Assembly: GCA_014905635.1 (NCBI GenBank)
Contig: JABVCE010000022.1
Span: 434,001-498,000 of the forward strand
Direction of reading: 5' to 3'
Origin: Scenedesmus sp. PABB004
Taxonomy: Eukaryota
DNA length: 64,000 nt
A program made the position numbers and the translations under genes. This document shows, piece by piece, positions 24,930 to 35,192 of this stretch; within the stretch, counting starts at the first letter, position 1; every line of letters begins with the position of its first letter. The notes under the pieces are model-generated. The model saw only the letters and a list, made by a program, of their open reading frames with translations, was not told the DNA's origin and made no database searches.

Positions 24930-26329
24930 ATGGCGCAACGGCAACGCCCAGGTCGTGCGATAGCAGGTGAGGCGGCCACGGCAAGCGCGCGGCCCGTGCG
25001 CCGCAGCCGTCGCTGTACATCCGCGAGCTGCGGTCCCGCGCGCTCCCGGCAGCGCGCAGCTCGGGCGCCGGCCGCAGCAGCTCCCGGCTGAGCCCTAGCA
25101 CCGCCACGGCAGCTGCGGGCGCGCGGCCGCCCGCGCCGGCGGCCGGGCCAGGCCCTGGCAGCGGCGCGGCTGCCGCTCCGCTGACCCGCCGCGCCCGCGC
25201 CCGCGCCGCCGCCGCCGCCGCAGGCGCGCTGCTGCTGCTGTCGCTGCTGGCCGCGCCTGCCGCGATGGCGCAGGACGCCGGCGCGGGTGGCGCGGCGGCG
25301 GCGGCGCCGTGCGGCGCGGCGCCAGCGGCGGCGGCGCCGGCGCCGGCGTCGTGTGCGCCCGACCTGCTCAACACGCTCTTCAACCGCGACGACCCCACCG
25401 TGTTCAGCAACAGCTACCTCGCGCTCATCCTCGCGCGCTACGCGTACCCGACCGCCTTTGGCGTCAGCAGCGGCGCCGACGGCGCGACGGCGACGTACGA
25501 GGAGCTCTTTGCGCGCAAGTGGGAGGCGCTCGGCGCGCTGCCGGGGAGCTTCACCTTTATCGACCAGGAGCCCGCGGTGCCCATGTTCGGCCTGCTCACC
25601 AACCAGCCCGAGGCGCACGCGGTCGTGTTTGCGACTGCGCACGACGTCTTCGTCTCGTACCGGGGGCTGACCAACGTCGAGAGCGGGATGACCCAGTCGG
25701 CGAGCTTCATCCCGGTCAACGGCACCTTTGGCGGGGCCTACCTCCCCGTGCACGGCGGCTTCTACGCGAGCTTCGTGTCCGTCTGGCCGCGCGTGCTCGA
25801 CGCGGTGCGCGCCGCGCGCGCCCGCACGGCCGACCCGGCCGCCGCGCGCGTCTACCTCGCCGGGCACAGCATGGGCGGCGCGCTCGCCGCGTTCTCGGCG
25901 CTGCGCCTCGTCGAGGAGGCGGTCCCCATCGGCGGCGTGTACCTGTTTGGCGCGCCCAAGATGGGCCAGCAGGCGTTCGTGGACGCGTGGATGGAGAACG
26001 GGCTGGAGATCGTGACGCTGCACTGGTGGAACGAGCTCGACCTCATCCCCGTCATGGAGCCGCCCCTGCGCGCGACGACGCCGCCGTACGTGCAGCTGCC
26101 GGTGGAGAGCCTCTACCGCATCTGGGGCGGCGTGTGCGCCAAGGCCGACGGCGCGACCGCGCGGCCGTGCCCGCTGAGCGACGCCGACGTGTCGGCACGG
26201 CGCGACCGGTGCCGCAACAACCTCAACGACCACTTTGCGTTCACGTACGTCGCCAAGATGCAGGCCTGCATGCTGGACCAGGTCGCGGACAACCCCTGCC
26301 TGCGCAGCCTGCTCATGGTCGCGATGTGA
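24930..26329 (+). CDS. Secreted class-3 (fungal-type) lipase, 2 exons
   Basis: Exon 24930-24966, intron 24967-25223, giving MAQRQRPGRAIAGALLLLSLLAAPAAMAQ (signal peptide). Motifs VSYRG, VHGGF, GHSMGG (Ser), FGAPKMG, ELDLIP (Asp) and NDH (His). Confidence 0.9.
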
Positions 26330-27380
26330 GTGAGGGGGCGCCTCCCGCGGCCACGCCGCGCGCGGCCTTTGATGGCTCAGCGGCGGGCGGGCGGCAGCGG
26401 GCGACAAGCCTGCTATGCTAGCAGGCGGGCGGGCGGGGGTTGACCGAGTAGGCAGGAGCGTAGCTAGGCGCAGGCATGTAGGCAGGTGTAGCTAGGTGGC
26501 GCGAGCCGAGGCAGCGGGCGGCGATGGCAGGGGACTGGGGCGGCAGCGCGCGACGGCCGATTCGCCGCCGCGCGCGCCGCGAGCGCAGCGCTGTCGGCCC
26601 GGCACGCGTGCTGCGTGCGGCGCAGCTAGCTGCTGGGCCGCCCGCGCCCGCGCCGCGGCGGCAGCCGTGGCGGCTGCAGCCGCGGGGGCGGCAGCGGCGG
26701 GCCAGGCGGGCCAGCAGCCAGGTGGGCTAGGCGGCCGCAGCGGCCGCGGCCACGGCGGCGGGGCTGGTGCCGTCCGCGGCGGCCGCGGCAGCCGCAGCGG
26801 CGCCCGCGGCGGCGGCGGCGGCGTCCGCTGCCGTGGCGGCGGGCGAGGGCGGCGAGGGCGGCGACGCCGCCGCCGCCATGGCGCTGTGAGCGCCGCGCGG
26901 CGTGCGTGGTCTCCACGCCCAGCAGCGACGGCGCGCGCGCGTCGGGTGAGTGAGGCAGAGTTGCTGTTGTTGCTCCGCCGCTGCAGGACGTCTCGTGAAA
27001 CGTCGTTAGCCCGCCCGTTCGCGGCCTGTGATGGTGGCGATGGTGGCCGCCGCACCCTCAGCGGCCGCCATCAGCACCGCAGCAGCGCGCGCGTGGCGGC
27101 CGGTGACTCGGGTGCCCCAGCCGCCCGTCCGCCGGCCAACGTCGCGCCGAGACGCTTCCGACCAGCCTCCGCGGTCGCTGTTTGGTGGGAGATGGTCGCG
27201 CACCGTGGCAGGTCACGCACCGCAGGTCGCGCACCGCAGCAAAGCTCTCAACAGCAATTTCTGCTCCGCCACACCACCAGCACGGGAAAAGCGCGGCGGG
27301 GCGCGCTCCCCACGCACGCACCGTCGGTCGCCGACGTGCTCGCCGGCGCCGCCAGGCCGCGCGGCATCCTCAGCGCGGTC

Positions 27381-27864
27381 ATGGCTCCCCGCACGGCGCC
27401 CACCGTCCTGGCGATTAGCCTGCTGATCCTCGGTGCCGCGGCAAGCGCGCAAGGTGCGCGGATGGCAGTCGGGCTGGGCGGTCAGCGCGCCAGGCGCGCA
27501 GCCGCACGCAGCCAGGCTGGCTGCGGCCACGCCGCGCCGACGCTGCCAGGCGGCGCTCGGGCCCTGAGCGCGCGCCTGCATCTCGCCTCAATCACACCCT
27601 CACTCACTCGCCGCCGCCCGGCGCTGCCGCCGTGCGCACACTCTCCTGCGCGCAGGCCGCGCGCTGCCCGCCTCATCTGGGACCGGCGCCGGCGGCAAGG
27701 ACGACGTGCCGTCGCCGGCGGCGCCGAACGCAGAGGTCGTCGAGGCCAATGACACCGGCCTACATGCGTGCATCATCTGCAGCTACGATGATGTCGTCTG
27801 CCCGACGGGCTTTCACGAGTGCATGATGGGTGATAAAAAGTGTTGCTGCCCGAACAACAACTAG
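27381..27864 (+). CDS. 93-aa secreted cysteine-rich prepropeptide (defensin-like architecture), 2 exons
   Basis: Exon 27381-27453, GT-AG phase-1 intron 27454-27655, exon 27656-27864: MAPRTAPTVLAISLLILGAAASAQ-GRALPASSGTGAGGKDDVPSPAAPNAEVVEANDTGLHA-CIICSYDDVVCPTGFHECMMGDKKCCCPNNN*. Confidence 0.8.
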
Positions 27865-28317
27865 CATCCCTGAGCCGTTGTTGAAGCGGGGATCGTTCAC
27901 GAGACTGGTCGGGCACCGGCGAGGCGCGCAAGGTGCGCGACGCGTCGGGGTGTGCGTGACCGTGCTGCCGCCAGCTCAGGCGGTCGCCTGAGCTGGTCCG
28001 GTCGCGACCGGACCTGGGTGCCGTGCTGGGGCGCTGACCGACCGCGCGCCCGCGCCCGCGGGCTGACGGCAGCCCGGGATCTGGCGACGCCGGCCAGCGG
28101 CGGCGTGCGCGGCGGCGGGGCAGCGCGCTCTGGCGCCGCTGGCCAGCGTCCCATGGGCGTGTGACTGCAACTTACGCGTGTGCGTCAGCAGGCCCGCGGC
28201 CTCAACGGCACCCCCGCTCCCGCTCCCGCTCCCGCTCTCGCTCCCGCCAGCCGCGCGGCGCTCGACCGCCGCCGGCAGCCTGCCGCCGCCGCGCGCCGGC
28301 CCTTCAAATCCGCTCCC

Positions 28318-29792
28318 TCACAGCGCGTCCTCGTGCTCGCGCAGCTCCAGCTCGCAGACGTCCAGCAGCGGGTGTGCCGCGCCGCTGGTGTTATTGTCGC
28401 AGCGCCCGGCCGCCGCGCCCGCCGCGAGCATGCCGCGCAGGCGCTTGAAGCTGCCGCCCGCCGCCTCGAGCTGCCCGGCCGCCACGGCGAGCGCGTCCTG
28501 CGCGCGCAGGCCCTGGTGCACCTCCTGCCGGGTGCGGACGCAGCGGGTGCGGCGGCGGGTGCGCGTCGGCGCTGGCCGCCCCGCCCGCGCGCCGCCCGCC
28601 TCGCCGCTGCCGCGCCGCCGCCGCGCCGCCGCCGCACCAGGTGTGCCACGTGGCCGAGCATGTCCAGCATCGCGCGCACCTCGCGGCCCATGCTGCCGCG
28701 CACCGCGTCGCGCATGCCCGGCATGAACCGCAGCCCGGGGGGCAGCCCTGAGGCGGGCAGGGTTCAGGGTTCAGGGCCCGGGGCTCAGGCGGCGGCAGGC
28801 GCGGGCCCAGGGCGCGGGCGGCGGGCAGCGGCGGGACGCGACGGGGGCGCACGCGCGGCAGGCGCCAGGGGCGCGCCGGGCAGCAGTGATGTGCGGGGCG
28901 CGTGCCTGCGCACACGCGGGCGCACCCTTTGGCAGCGCAAGCTGCTCGTAGCGCACGCGCGTGGCCAGCACGCTGCCGTCGTGCTCCAGCGTGAGCCCCG
29001 GCGGCAACGCGCCGCGCCGCCCGGCGCCGCCGCACGCCGCCGCCAGCGCGGCGCGGGGCAGCCGCACCGGCTGGAGCTGCCAGCTGCCCGAGAGGCTGCG
29101 CAGCATGTTCTGCGGCGGCAACAGCAGCGGCGCGGCGGGGTGGGCAGCCCGTCCAGTGTCTGCCGGGCGCAGGGCGCCGCGCCGCCGCGCGGGCGCACGG
29201 AGGAGAGGAGATTGAACGCCACGGTGCGCTTGGCAGGCCCGCCGTCGAGCGCGGGCGGCGGCGCGATGGCAAACTCCACGCGGTTGCACGTCCACAGCTT
29301 CCAGGCCAGCACGCGGATGGGCGCCTTGCTGGTCACCTCCACGCACGCCTGCTCGGGGGGCGCGGGCAGCGGCGCGGGCAGCGGTGCCCGCAGCGCGCGG
29401 CCAGCGAGCGGCGGCGGTGACCCGGCAGCTCGGCGCGTGCTGCGTCGTTGCTCAGGGAGCTGGGGAAAGGCGCGGAAGGAGCTGCGCTCAGCCCCAGCGC
29501 GCGCACCGCGCCGTCCGCTCTTGGATGGCGCGCACGCCGCTCCACCACCCGCCACAGCGCGTCACCGGCTGCGGCGTGGAGTGGGTGTGGCGGTAAGGGC
29601 ACAGAACGCCCACCGCGGCCGCTGCGGGAGCTGCGCGACCCGCGCACCGGCGTCGGTGACCATCGCGAGCGCGTCGACCGGCGGGACGAGCAGCAGCCCG
29701 CTGGCGCAGGCGCGCAGCGCCCCGCCCCGCACAAAGCCCACGTCCACGAGCCACTCCTGCTGCGGCGTGCTGCTGCCAGCTGCGGGCGCCAT
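28318..29792 (-). CDS. SRPBCC/START-like (polyketide cyclase/dehydrase) protein
   Basis: Exons VEVTSKAPIRVLAWKL...VAFNLLSS|NMLRSLSGSWQLQP...TRVRYEQLALPK|GLPPG...VRAMLDML match the F/L-x-G-x-W-x-L-x-P strand and long terminal helix of this fold. Exons 2-3 are unresolved. Confidence 0.65.
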
Positions 29793-30006
29793 GGTGGTAG
29801 CCCCGCGCACGCGCCGCCGCTGCTGCCGGCACTACGCCGCCGCTGGCACTGCGCTCCCAGGGCCCGGTGCGCGAGGTAAAGCTGCCTGGGGGAGCTTGCC
29901 CGTCTTCGTGATTGATGCCCCGGTCAGCGGGCGCCGCTGCGGTTCAGTGGCGGCTGCGCCGCCCAGCGCGCGCGCGCCGCGCCGCCGCGATCCGCCCGCG
30001 GCAGCC

Positions 30007-31022
30007 TCAGCCGCTGTACCGCGCCGCGAGCGCGGGCGGCGGCGGCTCGCTCATGATGCCCGGGTGCGCGTCGAGGTGCTGGCGCACCGTGGTGGCGCGG
30101 TCCGCGAGGAAGGTGGCGTCGAGGAAGCTGTCGCGCGCCTCGTCGCACAGGCCCGCCGCGGCGAGCACGCAGTGCCGCAAGTACCTGAGCAGCGCGGCGG
30201 CGGCCGCCAGTCGGGGGCGGGCTCGCGGCCCGCGCCCGGCCGGGCGGCGGCGGCGGCAGCCCCGGCGGGCGGGCAGCCAGCGCCCCGCACACGCGGCACG
30301 GCAGCACGTCGTCGCGCCACACGCGTTCGACGCCGTGCACGCCCCAGCGCCGCGCCCACTCCTCGGGCGGGCAGCGCGTCGCGCGGTAGTGCTCGTCCGT
30401 GTTGGCCGCGCACAGCACCTGCGGCGCGGCGCGGCACGGCGCGGCGAGTGCGCGCGCGGCGGCGCGCGGCGCGGCGCGCGCGCGCGCCACCCCCGCGCCG
30501 CCCCGCGCGCACCGCGAGCGCCCGCGTCGGCGAGGCGTCCAGCTCCAGCGGCGCCACTGCGACGAAGCGGAACTCGTGCTCCCGCTCAATGAAGGCAGCG
30601 ACGGCGGCTGGGGTGAAGGGGACGTCAAAGAGCGAGACCACGAGCTCAGACCCCGGGCAGGGCTCGCAGGAGAGGCTGGCGACCTCGCGCGTCGCCGGCC
30701 GCGCGATGCCGCGCGCCCAGAACACGTCGGCGGTGTGCGCAAACACGCGCCGCCAGCCGCGCAGCTGCCCGCCCGGGACGGGCGCGCGCGGCGGCGCGTG
30801 GGCGGCGAGCCGGGGGCGGCGCAGGGCAGGGACAGGCGCGGCGGCACGCGCGCGGCGGCGCGTCGCTCGCACCCTGCCCGGGCGGAAGTTTTGGAGGTCA
30901 GGGAACGTGCTGCGCGCGCTGCGCTCCGACAGCAGGCTGCCAAAGCCGGCGACCGTCATGCGCCCCCTGCCGCCGTCCAGGCCGGTGAACGCGTCGTCCA
31001 GCTCGTGGCCCGGCTGCAGCAT
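30007..31022 (-). CDS. Gamma-glutamylcyclotransferase-fold (GGCT/ChaC-like) conserved green-lineage protein
   Basis: VAGFGSLLSERSARSTFP, LRGWRRVF, FIEREHEF, LPCRVYLRHCVLAA and FLDATFLADR...ARYSG*. An alternative in-frame ATG lies at 31217. Confidence 0.8.
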
Positions 31023-31067
31023 CGGGCTGGCCAAGGCGCTGGCGGCCCGGACGCCGCCGCGGCGGTG

Positions 31068-31193
31068 CGCTCCCGGCCTGCTCGTCTGCCGTTGGGCGTG
31101 ACCGCACGCCGCTCCCGGCCTGCTCGTCCGCCGTTGGGCGTGAGCCCACGCCGCTCCCGGCCTGCTCGTCCGCCGTTGGGCGTGAGCCCACGC
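31068..31193. repeat. 42-bp tandem repeat, 3 copies, between divergent genes
   Basis: CGCTCCCGGCCTGCTCGTCYGCCGTTGGGCGTGASCSCACGC starting at 31068, 31110 and 31152. Confidence 0.95.
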
Positions 31194-31215
31194 CGCGCCC
31201 CGGCCGCGCGAGAGC

Positions 31216-33139
31216 ATGCAGCAGCAGCCGCAGCAGCGAGCGGTGCCGAGCGGTGGCGGCGGCGGCTGCCCTGGTCCCGCTGCTCCGTGGTGGGGAGGTG
31301 AGTGCGGGGAGCGGAGTGGGGGGTCTGCGGCGGCGGCCGCGCGCGCGCCGCGCCAGCACCGACGACGCCGCTGCCGGTGAGCCCTGCTGTCATTCGCGCG
31401 GCCTGTCGCGGACAGGCCCGCCGGCTGGCCGACCGCACGCGCTTCTGCTAGAGCTGCTCTCCACAACTCGCAGCTCGTCGCGTGGGTGGGCAGCAGCAGC
31501 AGCGGCGGCAGCGCCGACGGCCGCTGCACACCGCAGGCCTCGCGGCGCCGCCGCAGACGCTCAGCAGGTCAGCGCCGACCCAGCCTGCAGGCCCTGGGCC
31601 AGCCAGCCTGCACGCCCTGGGCCAGCCGGCATCGCTGCTGAGCGCTTGGCGGGGCACCGCTGCCGCTGCCGCCGCCGCGCGGCCCCGGCCGCCGCCCCAC
31701 GCCCGCGGCCGGCGCAGCGGCGGCCAGCCGCCGGCGGCGCTGGGGCGGGGCAGCAGCAGCGGCAGCAGCGCCGGGCGGGCGCCGCGGCGGCGGCGCGCGA
31801 TGCTCGGCCGGCCCGTCGTCGCGGCGTGGACCAAGAAGACGCTGCAGGACCACTTTTTCAAGGAGGCCAAGCGCCAGGGCTACGTCTCGCGCGCCGCGTT
31901 CAAGCTGCTGGAGGTGCAGAAGAAGCACAAGGTCATCAAGCAGGGTGCGGCGCGCGGCGCGCGGCGCACGGGGCGGGGCGGCGGCCGCGCGGCGCGGGGC
32001 GGCGGCCGCACGGCGCGGGGCGGCGGCCGGCGCCGGGCGCCCGGCGCCGGGCGCCGACGCCGCGCCCCGCGTGCCCGCCGCCGCCCTCGGCGCCGCCCGG
32101 CGCGTCTGCATGCCAGGCGGCAAGGTGCTGGACCTGGGCTGCGTGCCGGGCGCGTGGCTGCAGGTCGCGTGCCAGCAGCTCGGCCCGCGCGAGCGCGGCG
32201 GCCTCGTGCTCGGTGTCGACATCCAGGCGCGCCCGCCGCCCGCCGCGCGGCGACCTGGCGCGCCCGCCGCGGGGCTCCGGCGGCGCGCGCGGTGCGCCGG
32301 CCGCGGCGGGCGGGCGGGTGGCGGCACACGCCGCCGCCGCCCGCACTGCGGCCGCGCAGGAGGTGTCGGTGCCGCCGAAGCACTGCGACGACCGCGTGTA
32401 CGTCCTGCAGGCCGACGCGCGGCTGCTCACGCCCGACGTGCTGCGCCAGTACACAGCCGACGTGCGGCGCCGCGGCTGACGCCGCGCGCCTGCACCGCCG
32501 CGCCGCGCCGCGCCGCGCCGCCGCGCCGACGCCCCTGCCTGCCCTCGCCCGCGCCCGCCCCCGCCTGCCCTGTTCGCCCCCGCGCGCACGCGGCGCGCCG
32601 GCAGGGCTTTGACACGGTGCTGTCCGACATGCTGCAGTTCACGAGCGGCGTGAACGACGTGGAGCTCTCCCTCGAGCTCGCCGGCACGGCGCTGCACGCG
32701 GCGACAGGGCACTATTTCGACGCCTACGGCGACGCCTACGGCGGCGGCGGCCCGCGCCACGACGGCGTGCTGCGCCCCGGCGGCGCGCTGGTGATGAAGG
32801 TTTATGAGGTGCGGCCCGTGGCTCGGGTGGGGCTGGCCCCCGCCCCGGCTGGCCCCGCCCCTCAGGCCCAAAACGGCCCCCGCCCCGGACAGCAGGGGCG
32901 GGACGGGCGCACGCGCGCACGGCTGCGGCGCGAGCCGGCGCGCCAGCCGGCGCACCAGCGCGCGGGCGCCGCCGCCCCGCGCCGCGCAGGGCGCGGGCAC
33001 GCAGGAGTTCATGCGGTCCATGGCGCCCTACTTCACCAAGGTGCTGCGCCTGCGCGTGGAGGCGAGCCGGTCGATGAGCCGCGAGTTCTACGCCATCGGC
33101 CTGGGGCGCAAGCCGCCGCCGGAGCGCGGCGACGCTTGA
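31216..33139 (+). CDS. rlmE: FtsJ/RlmE/MRM2-type rRNA 2'-O-methyltransferase, organellar
   Basis: DHFFKEAKRQGYVSRAAFKLLE, VLDLGCVPGAW, VLSDM, LVMKV and SRSMSREFY give the full K-D-K-E tetrad. Start is ATG 31216 (via intron 31298-31536, GTGAGT donor, in frame) or ATG 31800. Confidence 0.9.
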
Positions 33140-33412
33140 ACCGTGCATTCCCGCGAACAGACAGCTCCCCCCAGAACAGGTCCCCGGCCCCCCCGCCAGT
33201 CGCCCCGACGACTCCAGCCTCCCTCGGCGCCGCGCAGGCAGCTGTGCATCGCCCGCCACCGCCGGGCAGCAGTGTGCATTGCCCGCCGCGCCGCGCGCCG
33301 CCGCCGCCAGGGCCCGCACGCGTCTCCGCGCCTGCGTTCCGGCTTCACAGACACTTCAGGAGCGTCGGGAAGCCGCCGCACCGGCCCGGCTCGGCCTGCG
33401 CTCGCGGCAGGC

Positions 33413-34015
33413 ATGGCAGGACCGTTTGAGGACCTGCTGCAGGCCGCGGCGGGCCTGGGCTTTGCGCCCCCGCCGGCCCCGGACGCCGGGGAGACGCTGG
33501 CAGCGGCGGTGGCCCTGGTGGAGGCGCAGGCGGGCGTGCAGGGCCTGGAGCTGCAGCTCGCGCGGCTGCGCTGCTTCGCGGCGCACGCGGGCCTCACCGA
33601 CGGCGCCGCGCTGGCCGCCCGCGCCGCCGGCATGGCCGCCGCCGCCGACACGCGCGCCGCGGTGGTGGCGGGCAGGGCGGCGCTCGCCGACCGGCTGCGC
33701 TCGGCGCGCACGCGGCCGAGCGTGCCCGTCGCGCCGGCGCACCAGCCCGACTTCACCGCCCTGCTCGCGGCGGCGGCGGGCGCGGCGCGCCCGCTCGCGG
33801 AGGGTGGCGCCGCGCTGCGCTGGGCGGCCGCGCTGGACGCGCGGCCGAGCTGCTGGGAGGACGGGCTGCAGTGCGTCCTCGCCACCGCGCGCGACGTGAG
33901 CGGCCACGCCGAAGCGCTTGCGGCCTTCTCGGCGGCGCTCGCGGCCGACACCGAGCGCGGCGGCGGTGGCGGCCGCGGCGAGCGGCAGCAGCAGCTGGAG
34001 CCGGCGGCAAGCTAG
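33413..34015 (+). CDS. AUG2: Augmin/HAUS complex subunit 2-like, intronless
   Basis: HAGLT...LADRL...SVPVAPAHQPDFTALL...LRWAAAL...PSCW parallels the plant AUG2 pattern (IPVEAEYQKQFSELL...FQW...PSVW), recognised from memory. Confidence 0.7.
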   Translation: MAGPFEDLLQAAAGLGFAPPPAPDAGETLAAAVALVEAQAGVQGLELQLARLRCFAAHAGLTDGAALAARAAGMAAAADTRAAVVAGRAALADRLRSARTRPSVPVAPAHQPDFTALLAAAAGAARPLAEGGAALRWAAALDARPSCWEDGLQCVLATARDVSGHAEALAAFSAALAADTERGGGGGRGERQQQLEPAAS

Positions 34016-34041
34016 CAGAGAGGCGCGCGGCGCGGCGACCG

Positions 34042-35021
34042 CGCACCTGGGCTCCGGCGCGGGGCGCCCCGCGGCCTCCCGGGCGAAGCGGCGCCGGGAG
34101 AGGACGCAGATGTCGGTGTGGGGGTCGCACCAGACCCGCTTGGCGCACGTGGCGTCGCACACGTGCAGCTGGCCGCTGGAGGCGCAGCGCCAGACGTTGC
34201 CCCAGGTGTGCTCGACGACGCACGCGTGGCCGCAGTCGTGCGCGATGCCCAGGGCGCGCAGGAGGGCCGTCGGCGCGGCCTGGTCGGCCGCCGGGCGCAC
34301 GTCCGCGTCGCACTCCATGCCGGGCGCGCCTGGCCGCGGCCGCGTGGGCGCGCCTGGCTGGCAGGGCGCGGGAGCGGGCGCGAGCGAGACGCGCAGCGTG
34401 TGACCGCGCGCGCTGGCTGCCGCGGCTCCCGAGTCGGCAGTGGCGCCTGCGCGCTGAGCGGCTGCGCAGCGGGCTGGGCGAGCAAGGCCCTGCCATTGTT
34501 GCGGGCTCGAGCAAAAGCGCGGCAGACGCTTGAACCGCGAGCGTGCTCCCGCCCGCGCGCAGCACCGGGGCAGTAGTCGGGCCATCGCCAGCACCTTGAC
34601 CGGCTCGCCCGCTCCGGCGCCGCACGCAGCCGCCGCGCGACGGCGCAGCACGGCGCGTGTGCCGGCGGTGGCAGATGCGCGCGCTGGGGCCGGGGCGACC
34701 TGGGAGCTGGCGGTGTGGGCGCGCCGAGGCCGGCCCTCGGGGCAGCGCAGCGCACGGCACTCGGCGGCGGCGGCGGCGGTCGCCGCGCGCGTGGCGGACC
34801 GGCCGTGGCTCGGCCAGGGGCGGTCGGGCCCGGCGGGCGCCCTCGGCCCGCGGGGCGGCGGTGCGGCGCCGGCCATCAGGCGCCGAGCTGCCGAGCTCGG
34901 GCCGGCAGCTCGGCGTGGGCGCGGGCGGCCGCGGGGAGTGCGGGGAGCTCGTGCCAGGCTGGGGGCGGCGCTCTGGTCGCGCGGGCGCCCGCCCCGGAGA
35001 CGATCTAGCTTCCGCCTGCAG
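34042..35021 (-). repeat. Left arm of a ~980-bp inverted duplication
   Basis: Reverse complement of 39817-40805. The ORF track shows matching translations on opposite strands. Confidence 0.97.
34047..34318 (-). pseudogene. Truncated duplicate (exon 1 and donor only) of the Cys/His protein gene at 40529
   Basis: Identical MECDAD...PEPR translation. Homology stops 5 nt into the intron and exon 2 (KRGCFS...) is absent. Confidence 0.75.
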
Positions 35022-35192
35022 AACCTGTCTATCTTGCGCGCTGCCCGACCAGGCAGGAGCAGCGAGCCGCGACGGCATCACGCGCGCCAGGAGATTGCCG
35101 GCGCGTGCCCCTGCTGCCAGTCAGGGCGGCACCTCCGCGCCTGCGCGTCGTCCTCGCCCTGTTTCCCTCTCACGCGGCGTGAATTGAGCATC

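Noticed and set aside
31068..31193. 42-bp repeats as a CRISPR array
   Set aside because: The units are contiguous with no spacers, there are no cas genes, and the context is eukaryotic.
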